Shown here piece after piece: positions 38,836 to 48,013 of a stretch of DNA of 64,000 bases. The stretch lies in NCBI GenBank assembly GCA_964635675.1, contig CAZWPT010000016.1, forward strand, positions 18,522 through 82,521. Direction: 5' to 3'. This stretch comes from an uncultured Nitrososphaerota archaeon. Lineage in GTDB: Archaea > Thermoproteota > EX4484-205 > JAAOZP01. Under the pieces are notes generated by a model. That model did not search any database, was not told the origin of the DNA, and saw nothing but the letters and a program-made list of their open reading frames with translations. Position 1 is the first letter of the stretch, and each line of letters starts with the position of its first letter. The translations under genes were made by a program, and so were the position numbers.

Positions 38836-40224
38836 ATGAAATGTTTTTATAGGGAACTTCTTTTGCAGTCGGGAATGAACGAGGGATCCGGCAACGCTAA
38901 GAATGAATTCAGGAAATTAGCGAGGGAAAGGATCCTAGCGATGTCGGGTCAGGAGAGGAAGGATAAGAGCTCAAAGGCGGTTTCGAATCTTAAAAGACTA
39001 GAGGAGTTCTCGAGGGCAAAGTGCGTCATGGTTTACGTTTCTAAAGAGGACGAGGTTGATACGATCGGGCTTATTACTGACATGTTGAAATCCGGTAAAA
39101 GAGTCGTAGTGCCTCTTGTTGATCAAGAAAGCGGGGAGCTGATTCCCTGCGAGATAACAACCCTTGAAGAACTAGTTGCCGGAACATTCGGCGTGATGGA
39201 GCCGGATCGCAAGAATGCGAGAATAGTTAGCACGGATGAGATAGACCTTGTGGTGGTTCCTGGGAGGGTTTTTGACAGAAATTGCAACAGGCTTGGCAGG
39301 GGAAAGGGCTACTTCGACAGGTTTTTAAAGAGATTTAACGAAGGGAAGAAAGTGATCGGTTTAGCCTTCTCCGAACAGGTTTTCGACAGTATACCGGTTG
39401 ACGAGAACGATGTGAAGGTTGACATCGTGGTTACTGAATCCAGCATCATACGGCGCGACCCTAGAGAACCGAGAGCGGTTTTAAGTAAAAAAACATTCGA
39501 CGTTCATAGGCTTGCCACCTCCTCCCTGTTCATGGCGCTCTTCATCGTGCTAAGGGCAGTCCCAGCCTTCCCAATCATAGGGGTACCTGGAGGAAGCTTC
39601 CCGGTTTCAGACGTCATTCTGCCGCTTTACGGCGTCTTGCTGGACCCCGTCCACGGCGCCACCGTAATCCTCCTGGGGACGATTCTAGGTTTCTTAATAA
39701 AGCCTCCTAGGTTCCTTTACCTAGACTTCCTACCACCGCTGGTTAACACTTTGACGGTAAGTCTGCTCTGGAGGAGGAAAACGTGGTTAGCAATCCTCAT
39801 CTATGTCTCCGCGTTAACCGTTTTCATGACGGGGCCGTTTAGCCTGCTCCTTATACACCTTGACCTTCCCGGCTTAGAGGTGGACTTGCCATTCCACTGG
39901 CTGCACCTCATCGCAATACCCGTCTCCCTGGTTCTCATTAGACTTGGCAATTTTAAACATAAGGCTGACCCAATATTATTGAAGCTTTCAGGATGCGCCC
40001 TACTCGGAACCATGGCGCAACACTCCACTGGTAGTGCGCTATTTGAATACGTGTTCGGCCTAACCGGAATGATTAACAGAGAAGGGTTTGAGAAAATCTG
40101 GTATACGGTCTTCTGGATATATCCTATAGAGAGGATGCTTCTAGTCCTAGCCAGCACGCTGGTTGGAGTACCAGCTACACGAGTACTGACTAGGATGATA
40201 TGGAGGCCTCAGAACCCGTCGTAA
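38836..40224 (+). CDS. 5-formyltetrahydrofolate cyclo-ligase (MTHFS) fused to a C-terminal roughly 240-aa polytopic membrane domain (ECF S-component-like)
   Basis: One uninterrupted 462-aa ORF. Residues 1-200 carry the MTHFS motifs (CVMVYVS, DLVVVPGRVFDRNCNRLGRGKGYFDRFL). Residues 225-462 form 6-7 TM helices with an ILPLYGVLLDPVHGATVILLGTILGFLI segment that resembles ECF vitamin S-components. Confidence 0.6.
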   Translation: MKCFYRELLLQSGMNEGSGNAKNEFRKLARERILAMSGQERKDKSSKAVSNLKRLEEFSRAKCVMVYVSKEDEVDTIGLITDMLKSGKRVVVPLVDQESGELIPCEITTLEELVAGTFGVMEPDRKNARIVSTDEIDLVVVPGRVFDRNCNRLGRGKGYFDRFLKRFNEGKKVIGLAFSEQVFDSIPVDENDVKVDIVVTESSIIRRDPREPRAVLSKKTFDVHRLATSSLFMALFIVLRAVPAFPIIGVPGGSFPVSDVILPLYGVLLDPVHGATVILLGTILGFLIKPPRFLYLDFLPPLVNTLTVSLLWRRKTWLAILIYVSALTVFMTGPFSLLLIHLDLPGLEVDLPFHWLHLIAIPVSLVLIRLGNFKHKADPILLKLSGCALLGTMAQHSTGSALFEYVFGLTGMINREGFEKIWYTVFWIYPIERMLLVLASTLVGVPATRVLTRMIWRPQNPS

Positions 40225-41537
40225 GGCTCACCCGACCATATCGGCCTTGCTTCCCCAACGGTGAAAACCGAGCCCGTAACCAGTATTCTACCTTCTTCCC
40301 CAGCGCACGATAATGCTCGAGCCACCGCCTCCCTAACAGTCGGCTTAGAACTGTATTTAGCATCCAGACTCTTCAAAACATCCTCCATCCTCTCAACCGG
40401 GAGAGCCCTCCCCATGACGCCATGCTGAGTCAGGATGAACTCGTCCGTGACCCTTGCAATAGACCGGAGAATCTTGTCATACTCCTTATCCGAGGAAATA
40501 CTGACGACTGTCTTAAACTTGGCTCCCGGCAGCATCTCCTCTATGCTCGACGACAATGCTTCAGCAGCCGCCGGATCCTTAGCGCAATCCAATATTACTA
40601 GGGGACGTTTACTAATCGGCTCCAGCCTCCCTGGCCAAACAATGTCGGCAAGACCCCTCCTTATGGCTTCCTCGTTAAAGTTTGATCCGCCAGTTAACTC
40701 GGAGAACTTGAGATAGCTCGCTATGGCCGTCGATACGTTCACCGCCTGAAAACTCCCCCTGAGCGAGACCTTAAGGTTCTTCAACAGCGTCTTCCCCAGC
40801 TCAATATCTAAAGTCATCCCGGTCAGGTCGGACCTTAAAACCCTGTGCTTGACATCCCTAGGTACCAAGGTGAGCTCTGAGCCCAATTCCCTGCAGCGTT
40901 CCTCTATGACTCTGAGCGCTGAGCCTGAACAAGCCGATACCGTGGGGCGTCCACGCCTTATTATGCCTGCTTTCTCAAAGGCTATTTTCTCAACAGTATC
41001 ACCCAAGTGCTTCATATGCTCTAAAGAGACGTTGGTTATTACTGAGAGCACAGGGTCGCATGCGTTTGTCGCATCGAGCCTGCCTCCCATACCCACCTCG
41101 ACGACGGCCACGTCAACTTTTTTCATAGAGAAATACTTATACGCCATCGAGACGTTACACTCGAAAAACGTTGGAAACCGTCCAAGCCTTTTCGAGACTT
41201 TTTCACCAGCCTCTTTAACCTCCTCATACGTCTCCACGACTTCCCTCCTGGTTATTTCCCGGCCATCCACAACTATCCTCTCGGTGAACCTGCATAGGTG
41301 AGGCTTCGTGAAAGTTCCAACCCTAAGACCCTCCTCGCGTAGGATTGAGCTTATCATGCTGACGGTGGAACCCTTCCCATTAGTACCCCCTACTAGGATT
41401 ACGGGATAGTCCTGCTCCGGGTTTCCAAGCTCGTTCAAAACCCCCTTGACAACATCCAAGCCTAGCTTTATCCCCCTCAGCTCGTAGAGCTCCTTGAGAA
41501 CCCGCAGGTACTCGGCGTCATCAGTCCAAGCACTCAA
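40209..41537 (-). CDS. folC: folylpolyglutamate synthase / dihydrofolate synthase
   Basis: 442 aa. It has the Mur-ligase P-loop VGGTNGKGST, and the FolC-type central and C-terminal domains are present. Confidence 0.8.
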   Translation of the reverse strand: MSAWTDDAEYLRVLKELYELRGIKLGLDVVKGVLNELGNPEQDYPVILVGGTNGKGSTVSMISSILREEGLRVGTFTKPHLCRFTERIVVDGREITRREVVETYEEVKEAGEKVSKRLGRFPTFFECNVSMAYKYFSMKKVDVAVVEVGMGGRLDATNACDPVLSVITNVSLEHMKHLGDTVEKIAFEKAGIIRRGRPTVSACSGSALRVIEERCRELGSELTLVPRDVKHRVLRSDLTGMTLDIELGKTLLKNLKVSLRGSFQAVNVSTAIASYLKFSELTGGSNFNEEAIRRGLADIVWPGRLEPISKRPLVILDCAKDPAAAEALSSSIEEMLPGAKFKTVVSISSDKEYDKILRSIARVTDEFILTQHGVMGRALPVERMEDVLKSLDAKYSSKPTVREAVARALSCAGEEGRILVTGSVFTVGEARPIWSGEPYDGF

Positions 41538-41709
41538 TTATTGAAGCGCCTCCTTTAGCGCGCCGAGGGAAACGCATCCTCTTCATCATTTCGTATCGGT
41601 GGAAATCGTCTTGTTTAAATGTCTTACTGAGACGTGTTGAAGCCGGGGAGCACCGGGTTTCATCGTTTCCCGCTCGTCGGAAGCACGCGCATCTCGACCA
41701 GGATGAGCC

Positions 41710-42711
41710 TTGAAGCAAGGCTCCAAGGAGGAAACCCGTTCCACACTTCGACGCGCGCGGATGGAATTGTGGGTAAGCCACCGGCTGTGTGTTGAGTTAA
41801 GGGAATCATTCAGAGAAAAGCTTAAAAAGCAGGATGAGGACGCGTTCCCCGTGGAGTATAGGATTCTAGGCAGAACAGGCTTCAAGGTAAGTATTCTCGC
41901 GATAGGGGGCTGCGGCCCGGGGATAGCTCCGAACACGGAGGAGGGTCTTAAGGCGTTTGAAAACGCTTTTGAGAAGGGTCTTAACATGGTTGACGTGGCG
42001 CCAAGCTACGGAGACGCGGAAACCAGGCTTGGGCAAATAATAAGGAGGAACCGTAGCAGGCTAGTCATAACTGAGAAAACGCTTGAGAGAACCAGGGAGG
42101 GTGCTTGGAGGGAACTAAGGCAAACCCTGTCTCGTTTCAACGTTGAAAACCTGGATGTATACCAGTTTCACGCAGTCAGCACGCTTGAGGAGCTTGAAAA
42201 GATTTTCAGCGAAGACGGTGCTATGAAAGCCTTTCAGGAAGCCCGTGAACAGGGACTTATAAAGTACATAGGGATAACGGCGCACTCGGACATGAGGATA
42301 GTTGTTAAAGCTCTTGAAAGATTCGACTTCGACACCGTCCTAATACCTGTAAACGTGGGAAGCATGCTTGCACCAGCGCCTGAGAACGATTTTAAGCCTG
42401 TCCTTAAGATTGCGCGGAACAGGGATATTGGAGTTATCGCAATAAAGGCTATTGCCAGGAGGAGATGGGTTGGCGAGAGGAAATACCAGACTTGGTATGA
42501 GCCCCTGGAGGAACAGGAGGATATAGACAGGGCCGTGTGGTTCACTCTCTCCCAGAACCCTGTTGCAACCTACTCCATGGCTTGCGACATCAGCCTCTGG
42601 CCAAAGATAATTAGTGCTGGCGAAAGGTTTAGAAGGCTTTCTGAAGAGGAGCAGGAGGCAGTTTTAAACCACTTCAGGGACAGGTCCGTGTTTCCTCTTT
42701 TCCCAGAGTAA
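41710..42711 (+). CDS. aldo/keto reductase
   Basis: The AKR core (YRILGRTGFKVS, MVDVAPSYGDAE, IGITAHS) is present. The true start is probably internal (Met18 at 41761 or GTG at 41851), because the first ~47 aa lack AKR homology. Confidence 0.8.
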   Translation: MKQGSKEETRSTLRRARMELWVSHRLCVELRESFREKLKKQDEDAFPVEYRILGRTGFKVSILAIGGCGPGIAPNTEEGLKAFENAFEKGLNMVDVAPSYGDAETRLGQIIRRNRSRLVITEKTLERTREGAWRELRQTLSRFNVENLDVYQFHAVSTLEELEKIFSEDGAMKAFQEAREQGLIKYIGITAHSDMRIVVKALERFDFDTVLIPVNVGSMLAPAPENDFKPVLKIARNRDIGVIAIKAIARRRWVGERKYQTWYEPLEEQEDIDRAVWFTLSQNPVATYSMACDISLWPKIISAGERFRRLSEEEQEAVLNHFRDRSVFPLFPE

Positions 42712-42756
42712 CGAAGAAAACGATGCGCGCGCTTGGCCATAAGCGCGCTTTAGATA

Positions 42757-43278
42757 TTAAACCCTAGCGTAACTCTGCAGACGAACTAGGCGGGAAGTAG
42801 AGTACTCTTGTTTCCTACTTGGATCATTATAGATTTCTATAACTTCAGATATTACGTTCGGCAGTTCCTCGGGTCTACCCATGCCGATTCCCGGGCACAT
42901 GGCAGCGTATCGATTCAAGTAAACATAATACTTTTCACCCTCATAGTAAAACTCAGCCTCCTTGCAACCGCCGTATTTCGGCTTCTCGAAGACCAAGAAG
43001 GGCCATACCTTACAAGAGAACGGCTTTAACCCTAGTTCCTGCAGACTGCACAGCCCGTATTCATTCTGGAAAATACATCTTCCCCCGATTCTTCTCAAGT
43101 AGGGCTTTACGTCAACCACCACGGCCTCCGGCATAAGGTCAAAAATTTTCGCATACTCGTATGGCCTAAGGGTTACATCGAATTTTACACAGCATGCTCC
43201 ACACCTTAGACAGGCCCAGGATTTCACTTTCCTCCAAGGCACTTCTCTCCCCATGGTTTTCTCCTGAGCGGCAACCAA
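42757..43278 (-). CDS. YkgJ-family Cys-cluster protein (CxxCxxCC, UPF0153)
   Basis: 173 aa with CLRCGACC followed by additional conserved Cys (GGRCIF, GLCSLQ, FSCKVWPF). Confidence 0.6.
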   Translation of the reverse strand: MVAAQEKTMGREVPWRKVKSWACLRCGACCVKFDVTLRPYEYAKIFDLMPEAVVVDVKPYLRRIGGRCIFQNEYGLCSLQELGLKPFSCKVWPFLVFEKPKYGGCKEAEFYYEGEKYYVYLNRYAAMCPGIGMGRPEELPNVISEVIEIYNDPSRKQEYSTSRLVRLQSYARV

Positions 43279-43442
43279 TTCTACATTGGGCTAAATATAA
43301 GTTTAGCGTGTTTCAACACAGCTGTGGCGTTCATCTTAATGTCGCACGCTAACGTTAGACACTAACACGGCGAAAATCAAACGCCGCCGACATTGATAGA
43401 AATCGGGAAAACAGATGGGAAAAGGATTGTCTCAAACGGCGT

Positions 43443-44390
43443 TCAAAAGTTTAAATCCCTTAGGGTCGAACCAGTTTTTTCCAACGAGGACTTAGCGTCT
43501 CTTAAACCAAGCTCAAAGACTATTGGTCCTCTGAAACCAGCCTTCCCAAGGCTTTCAAACAGGCTTTTAACATCCAGGTCTCCAGCACCCAGAGGCAGGT
43601 GGTCTCTAACAATAATCCTTTCGCCCTCCCTCCTTCTATAGGCATCGTGAAGATGTATCTCGAGAAGCCTTCTAGAAGACAGCTCAATAGCCTCCTCGAT
43701 ACTTATTTCCCCAGAGTACCCGGCGAGAATATGCCCGGTATCTATACAGATCGACGTGTCGAACGCCTCAGCGATTTCAAGCGTCTTTGAAAACGGGAAC
43801 TCTATTGACTCCAAGGCTATTCTACGCGAATCCACACCCATATCCGACATTGATGAGACTATCTGCTCAACGCTCCTCGAAGCGTTACGGGCAAGAGCTT
43901 CGAAGAAGAATTGCTTATAGTTTTGGCCCGCTTCCATCCTGTTAACCTCCGCAGCCAGCGGGCCTGCTACGTGAAGAACGTATGCAAGGGGTTTAAGTTC
44001 CTCTAAGACCGAAACCGGCTTGACAACCGCATTGACTGAAGCCCTCCGGATGTCCTCCACCGGAGAATCCAGCTCTACCGACCAGATCGGCAGGTGCGCG
44101 GAGAAAGAAACACCCACATCCTTCATAGAAAGCCATTCATCCATGTTTGTCCTAGAGAAGGAGGCGGGGAGAATATAGTATAGATCCATGCTGAGCTCAA
44201 CATGATTAAAACCGCTTTCAACAGTCTTCCTAACGAGCCTAGCGTAATCCAAGAGCACTCCACCATCTTCGAGCTCTAAGCCCTCCATTATTCCCTCTAG
44301 AGAGAGCGCTGTAGCCCCAAGCCTTAAGCCGGCGTGACTCCCCATGTTACTGAAATTCATAGACGGGACGGTTAATAAAGACTTATCCAC
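43443..44390 (-). CDS. sugar phosphate isomerase/epimerase (xylose isomerase-like TIM barrel)
   Basis: 315 aa with the pattern EIHLHDAYRRREG...DHLPLGAGDLD typical of this TIM-barrel family. Confidence 0.65.
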   Translation of the reverse strand: MDKSLLTVPSMNFSNMGSHAGLRLGATALSLEGIMEGLELEDGGVLLDYARLVRKTVESGFNHVELSMDLYYILPASFSRTNMDEWLSMKDVGVSFSAHLPIWSVELDSPVEDIRRASVNAVVKPVSVLEELKPLAYVLHVAGPLAAEVNRMEAGQNYKQFFFEALARNASRSVEQIVSSMSDMGVDSRRIALESIEFPFSKTLEIAEAFDTSICIDTGHILAGYSGEISIEEAIELSSRRLLEIHLHDAYRRREGERIIVRDHLPLGAGDLDVKSLFESLGKAGFRGPIVFELGLRDAKSSLEKTGSTLRDLNF

Positions 44391-44684
44391 TCATATTATG
44401 GCTTCAGGCATCAGGACTACTCTACTAGCCTCGTTCAAAACGGTTGACTGAGCCTCGTCCACCGAGACCACTCTACCATTTAAGACTATGGTAACGTCCT
44501 CGGAAACCTTTTCCGTCCCGGCTATGAAAACCCTTTCCTTAAACCTCTTACCGTATTTGTCAGCCATTCTCCTAATCAAGTCGCAAACAGTACTTCCCTC
44601 ATCCATATCTACTAGCGTCTCCGCAGACCCTACAATATCCCTAAACTGGCCTACGAGCTCAACGCGGATTTTCATGAAACACAC
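44391..44684 (-). CDS. small hypothetical protein (possible MoaD/ThiS-like beta-grasp, no C-terminal GG)
   Basis: 97 aa. It abuts the downstream isomerase gene (stop and start adjacent). Its composition is weakly MoaD-like but it ends ...LMPEAII. Confidence 0.25.
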   Translation of the reverse strand: MCFMKIRVELVGQFRDIVGSAETLVDMDEGSTVCDLIRRMADKYGKRFKERVFIAGTEKVSEDVTIVLNGRVVSVDEAQSTVLNEASRVVLMPEAII

Positions 44685-44726
44685 GCATAAAACCGGTTAA
44701 ATATAAAGATTTAGAGCATGGAATTC

Positions 44727-45425
44727 CTATAATAGGCTGATTAGTTCTTTTAGGCTAAATATTTTAAGGCACTGCTTGTCCCCGTACCTGCCCCTCCGGT
44801 CAATAAGAATGGCGTTCACCCCAGCTGCACGCGCACCCAGATAGTCTTCCTCATACTTGTCGCCGACGTGCAGAATTTTTTCCACAGGAGTCTTGGAAAG
44901 CCTAGATGCGACGAGAAATATTTCAGGATTAGGCTTCTCAAACCCGACGTCGCCTGAAGCTATGAGTATGGCGAAATACTCTAGGAGGCCTGCCTTTCTC
45001 AGGTATGTTGCAAGGTTCCTGCTGGAGGAAACGTTAGAAATAGTGATCAGCTGGAAACCACTATCTTTAAGTTTCTTCAAAGTGTGCTCAGCATCTTCAT
45101 AGACCCGAAAGCCTGCTTGAGACAACCAGTAGTCACGCAACTGCTCAGCAAGAGCCTGGTTAGGAATAGAGAGGTTTGAAACCATTTTTCGAAGCAGGCT
45201 AATCCAAGTATTTTCGTTCCAAACTTCTCTGGTCCTTGCTTTCTCACGGCTCCACCATAGGCGAGCATCCTTCAAAGCCTCCCTAACTTCAACGGGTTCA
45301 AACCGATACCCTAGCTTGAGCAGAATCCTGTGGAAAACTATGTAGTCCTCTTCAGCTTCGTAATAGAGGGTTCCGCCACAGTCGAAAGAAACTGTTTTAA
45401 CACTATTCTTAAACAATAAACACAT
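44727..45425 (-). CDS. HAD-superfamily hydrolase
   Basis: 232 aa with HAD motif I FDCGGTL, motif III K, and motif IV GDKYEED. Confidence 0.7.
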   Translation of the reverse strand: MCLLFKNSVKTVSFDCGGTLYYEAEEDYIVFHRILLKLGYRFEPVEVREALKDARLWWSREKARTREVWNENTWISLLRKMVSNLSIPNQALAEQLRDYWLSQAGFRVYEDAEHTLKKLKDSGFQLITISNVSSSRNLATYLRKAGLLEYFAILIASGDVGFEKPNPEIFLVASRLSKTPVEKILHVGDKYEEDYLGARAAGVNAILIDRRGRYGDKQCLKIFSLKELISLL

Positions 45426-45443
45426 CTTACGATGCTCGACAAC

Positions 45444-45881
45444 TTAACTTTTTTCCTTCCACCATTGGAAAAGCTTTTTACTCAACTCATGTATCTTCCT
45501 AGCACTATCTATTGCTTTTTCAGCATCCTCTTTGGAATACAGTTCTCTAGGAGGAATGAGTGCTTTCTCGTCGCCGTAGAAAGCTGGGCCTCTCTCCTCC
45601 ACAAGCCTCTTACTCGCAACGCTGATTGTCTCCAGTTCAAACCTGAACCAATCCGGGAGTTCCCTCATATGCGCTATCTCAACAAGGGCGTCGCTGACAT
45701 CGTGTTCACGCGGATACTCTATTCCCAGAAGTCTGAGAACAGCTTTCAGGCTTAGTTCAACACTTTCCTGTGCTCTCCTAATCGTTCTGTGATACATATC
45801 CTTGGCGAAGGCTTCTTCAGCCTCATAGAGGGAATACTTAGCGTCGTCGAGATAGCCTTTAGCCATAGCCTCAGTATTCAA
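45444..45881 (-). CDS. HEPN domain protein (toxin of a HEPN-MNT module)
   Basis: 145 aa, all-alpha, with a HEPN-like region. It lies immediately downstream of the MNT gene and overlaps it by 4 nt. Confidence 0.65.
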   Translation of the reverse strand: MNTEAMAKGYLDDAKYSLYEAEEAFAKDMYHRTIRRAQESVELSLKAVLRLLGIEYPREHDVSDALVEIAHMRELPDWFRFELETISVASKRLVEERGPAFYGDEKALIPPRELYSKEDAEKAIDSARKIHELSKKLFQWWKEKS

Positions 45882-46417
45882 ATCTCAACAGCCTCACCAC
45901 GTTTTATATCCGGTTTCAAATCCCAAAGCCATGTTCCGTTCTTAAGGTAGATACGTCTAGCTTTCAATTCATCCAGCCTTCTCCTGAGGCTCGTGAAAAT
46001 CGACTCCATGAAACTATCCTTGTCAACCAAGATAACTGCATCCTCAACCATATCCAGGTAGACAGGCCTATGGATTTTTGCTTCCTCCGGCGTAAGAGGG
46101 TAGAATTGCACCCACGTGTTAATGCCTTTCTTCCTAAGCTCCTTGTAAGCTTGAGCGTCTCTCAGCTTAATCAGGATTTTAGCCATGACCTCCATTTTCT
46201 CACTAATCCTTTTAGGAAGATTTTCTGCAACAACCAGAATATCCGTATCGCTAGTCGGCTTAGCATCTCCTCTTGCTACAGAACCGAAAACAACTACACT
46301 TACAAGTCTTTCTCCGAAAAAACCATTAAGAAGACTAAGAACCTCTTTAATAAACTTCCTTCTATCCGGATCCATTATACTGGCTAATCCATGTCTAGGC
46401 TTCATCAATCCTTGCAT
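45878..46417 (-). CDS. minimal nucleotidyltransferase (MNT; antitoxin/AMPylase partner of HEPN)
   Basis: 179 aa with the Pol-beta NTase signature FGSVARGDAKPTSDTDILVV. Confidence 0.75.
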   Translation of the reverse strand: MQGLMKPRHGLASIMDPDRRKFIKEVLSLLNGFFGERLVSVVVFGSVARGDAKPTSDTDILVVAENLPKRISEKMEVMAKILIKLRDAQAYKELRKKGINTWVQFYPLTPEEAKIHRPVYLDMVEDAVILVDKDSFMESIFTSLRRRLDELKARRIYLKNGTWLWDLKPDIKRGEAVEI

Positions 46418-46481
46418 TTTGGAAATATTTAAGACGTTACACTTTATATACTTTTAGTGGTGAGAGAAAGCGGGCTTCTAC

Positions 46482-46973
46482 GTGAGATGGAACAAGTCGA
46501 TATGGCTAACAGATGGTGAAGGAGAAACCTACAGCAAAATTAATATTATTCGGAAAACCTCCCGCGGCATGAGCCATGAAGTAATAGAGGTCTCGACAAA
46601 AACAAGGCAACAGCTTGTGGAAGTCACTTCAGCCATAAGGGAGCTGGTTAGAAGGAGCGGTGTGAAAAGGGGCGTCTGCTTCATCCATGTTCCGCACACA
46701 ACCGCCGGAATAACTCTGAACGAGAATGCTGACCTCAGTGTAGCCAAAGACATTCTCAACACTTTAGACCGCTTAATACCTGTGGAAGGCGATTACACCC
46801 ATTTGGAGGGTAATGCCCACGCGCATGTTAAAGCAAGCATCGTTGGACACAACGCGATCCTGTTCATAGAGAATGGGGAACTCACACTGGGAACTTGGCA
46901 GGGAGTTTTTCTATGCGAGTTCGACGGGCCCAGGAGGCGGAGGATTCTAGTAAAGATAATGGAGAATGCTTAA
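46482..46973 (+). CDS. YjbQ/UPF0047-family protein (secondary thiamine-phosphate synthase-like)
   Basis: 163 aa. The [22 protein letters not shown] and LGTWQG motifs are characteristic of YjbQ. Confidence 0.75.
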   Translation: MRWNKSIWLTDGEGETYSKINIIRKTSRGMSHEVIEVSTKTRQQLVEVTSAIRELVRRSGVKRGVCFIHVPHTTAGITLNENADLSVAKDILNTLDRLIPVEGDYTHLEGNAHAHVKASIVGHNAILFIENGELTLGTWQGVFLCEFDGPRRRRILVKIMENA

Positions 46974-47683
46974 GGTTTGGAGCGTGCAAATAGCTCACTA
47001 TCGATGGCCAGCAATACTATTGTTAAGAAGTTAATGCATATGGCTGTTTGTATAACAGCATCGTTTGTAACCCAGGGAGAAAGGCGTGGTGTTTCAACCC
47101 TCAAGTATACTTCAGACGGTTCATCCGAGGAATTTGAAAGCTCCACCAGAACAACGCATCTTCCTTGCCCTCCCATGCTGAACCAGCCGAGATCAATCTG
47201 GTCAACCTTATCCACCCAGAGACAGCCTTTGAAAGAAACCCGTTTCAAAACGTTTCGCGTTTCACCAGTGTCGCTGATAACCGTAACCACCCCGTCGAGA
47301 CACCGTGTCCCGGGGCCGGTGATCCTCAGATGGTAAAACCCGCCCTGCTCCAAAACCAGGTCTAACTGCGTCCTTTTTTGAGTAATCGCTTGTGCGTGAA
47401 CCAGCTTCTTAAGCCCGCCGAACTCGGAGCAGAAAGCATAGGCGGATAACCCTAGGCCCAATAGAGACATCGCGAGCACCAGGGGTAGAAGCTTTCTCTT
47501 CAAGTTGCTTGCTTTGAAACCAGATTGGGGTTTTTCAAGGCTCGGGGACTGGGAAAAAGTAGTATAAATCATGAGTATGATGAGCATAACCACGGGTAGA
47601 CTAGCGCCATCCTCAAGCAGAGATATGACTATCGAGAGAGTGGTAAGGTAGATGGTAGCAGGGTTGACACTGTCCCCTGACAT
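46970..47683 (-). CDS. hypothetical membrane/secreted protein
   Basis: 237 aa with an N-terminal TM, a second TM and a C-terminal TM. No recognisable family. Confidence 0.35.
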   Translation of the reverse strand: MSGDSVNPATIYLTTLSIVISLLEDGASLPVVMLIILMIYTTFSQSPSLEKPQSGFKASNLKRKLLPLVLAMSLLGLGLSAYAFCSEFGGLKKLVHAQAITQKRTQLDLVLEQGGFYHLRITGPGTRCLDGVVTVISDTGETRNVLKRVSFKGCLWVDKVDQIDLGWFSMGGQGRCVVLVELSNSSDEPSEVYLRVETPRLSPWVTNDAVIQTAICINFLTIVLLAIDSELFARSKP

Positions 47684-47692
47684 TTTTAGAGC

Positions 47693-47929
47693 CTAGAGCA
47701 TAAGCTCAAGGGTTGCGCCCAGGGTGAACATCGTCAGGAAGACGCCTAGAAGCCTGAGATCCAGGTAGGCTGGGCCCAGCCATGTAGAAGTCAGAGTCCA
47801 GTTTTCCCCCTCGCCGTAAATCATATGGATACCCAGGAAATCCTTCCTAAGACCGAGGCTGATTGTGCCCTTGGCATACCCTAGAATCGGATCGTCTACT
47901 AAGAGCAGGATGTGCCTCAGCACCTGCAC
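47693..47929 (-). CDS. small hypothetical protein with a C-terminal TM
   Basis: 78 aa. It lies between two membrane-protein genes on the same strand. Confidence 0.25.
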   Translation of the reverse strand: MQVLRHILLLVDDPILGYAKGTISLGLRKDFLGIHMIYGEGENWTLTSTWLGPAYLDLRLLGVFLTMFTLGATLELML

Positions 47930-48013
47930 CGTGAAGAGCCTTGGAGAAACTATGCTGCCAGGCTTCCTGCAAAGGGCTCAGGTGTTTAGAGCAGCCCACA
48001 GCTCTGAGCCTCC

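Noticed and set aside
44391-44684. Calling the 97-aa protein a MoaD/ThiS sulfur carrier
   Set aside because: The beta-grasp-like composition is suggestive, but the protein ends in ...MPEAII and lacks the diagnostic C-terminal Gly-Gly, so I left it as hypothetical.
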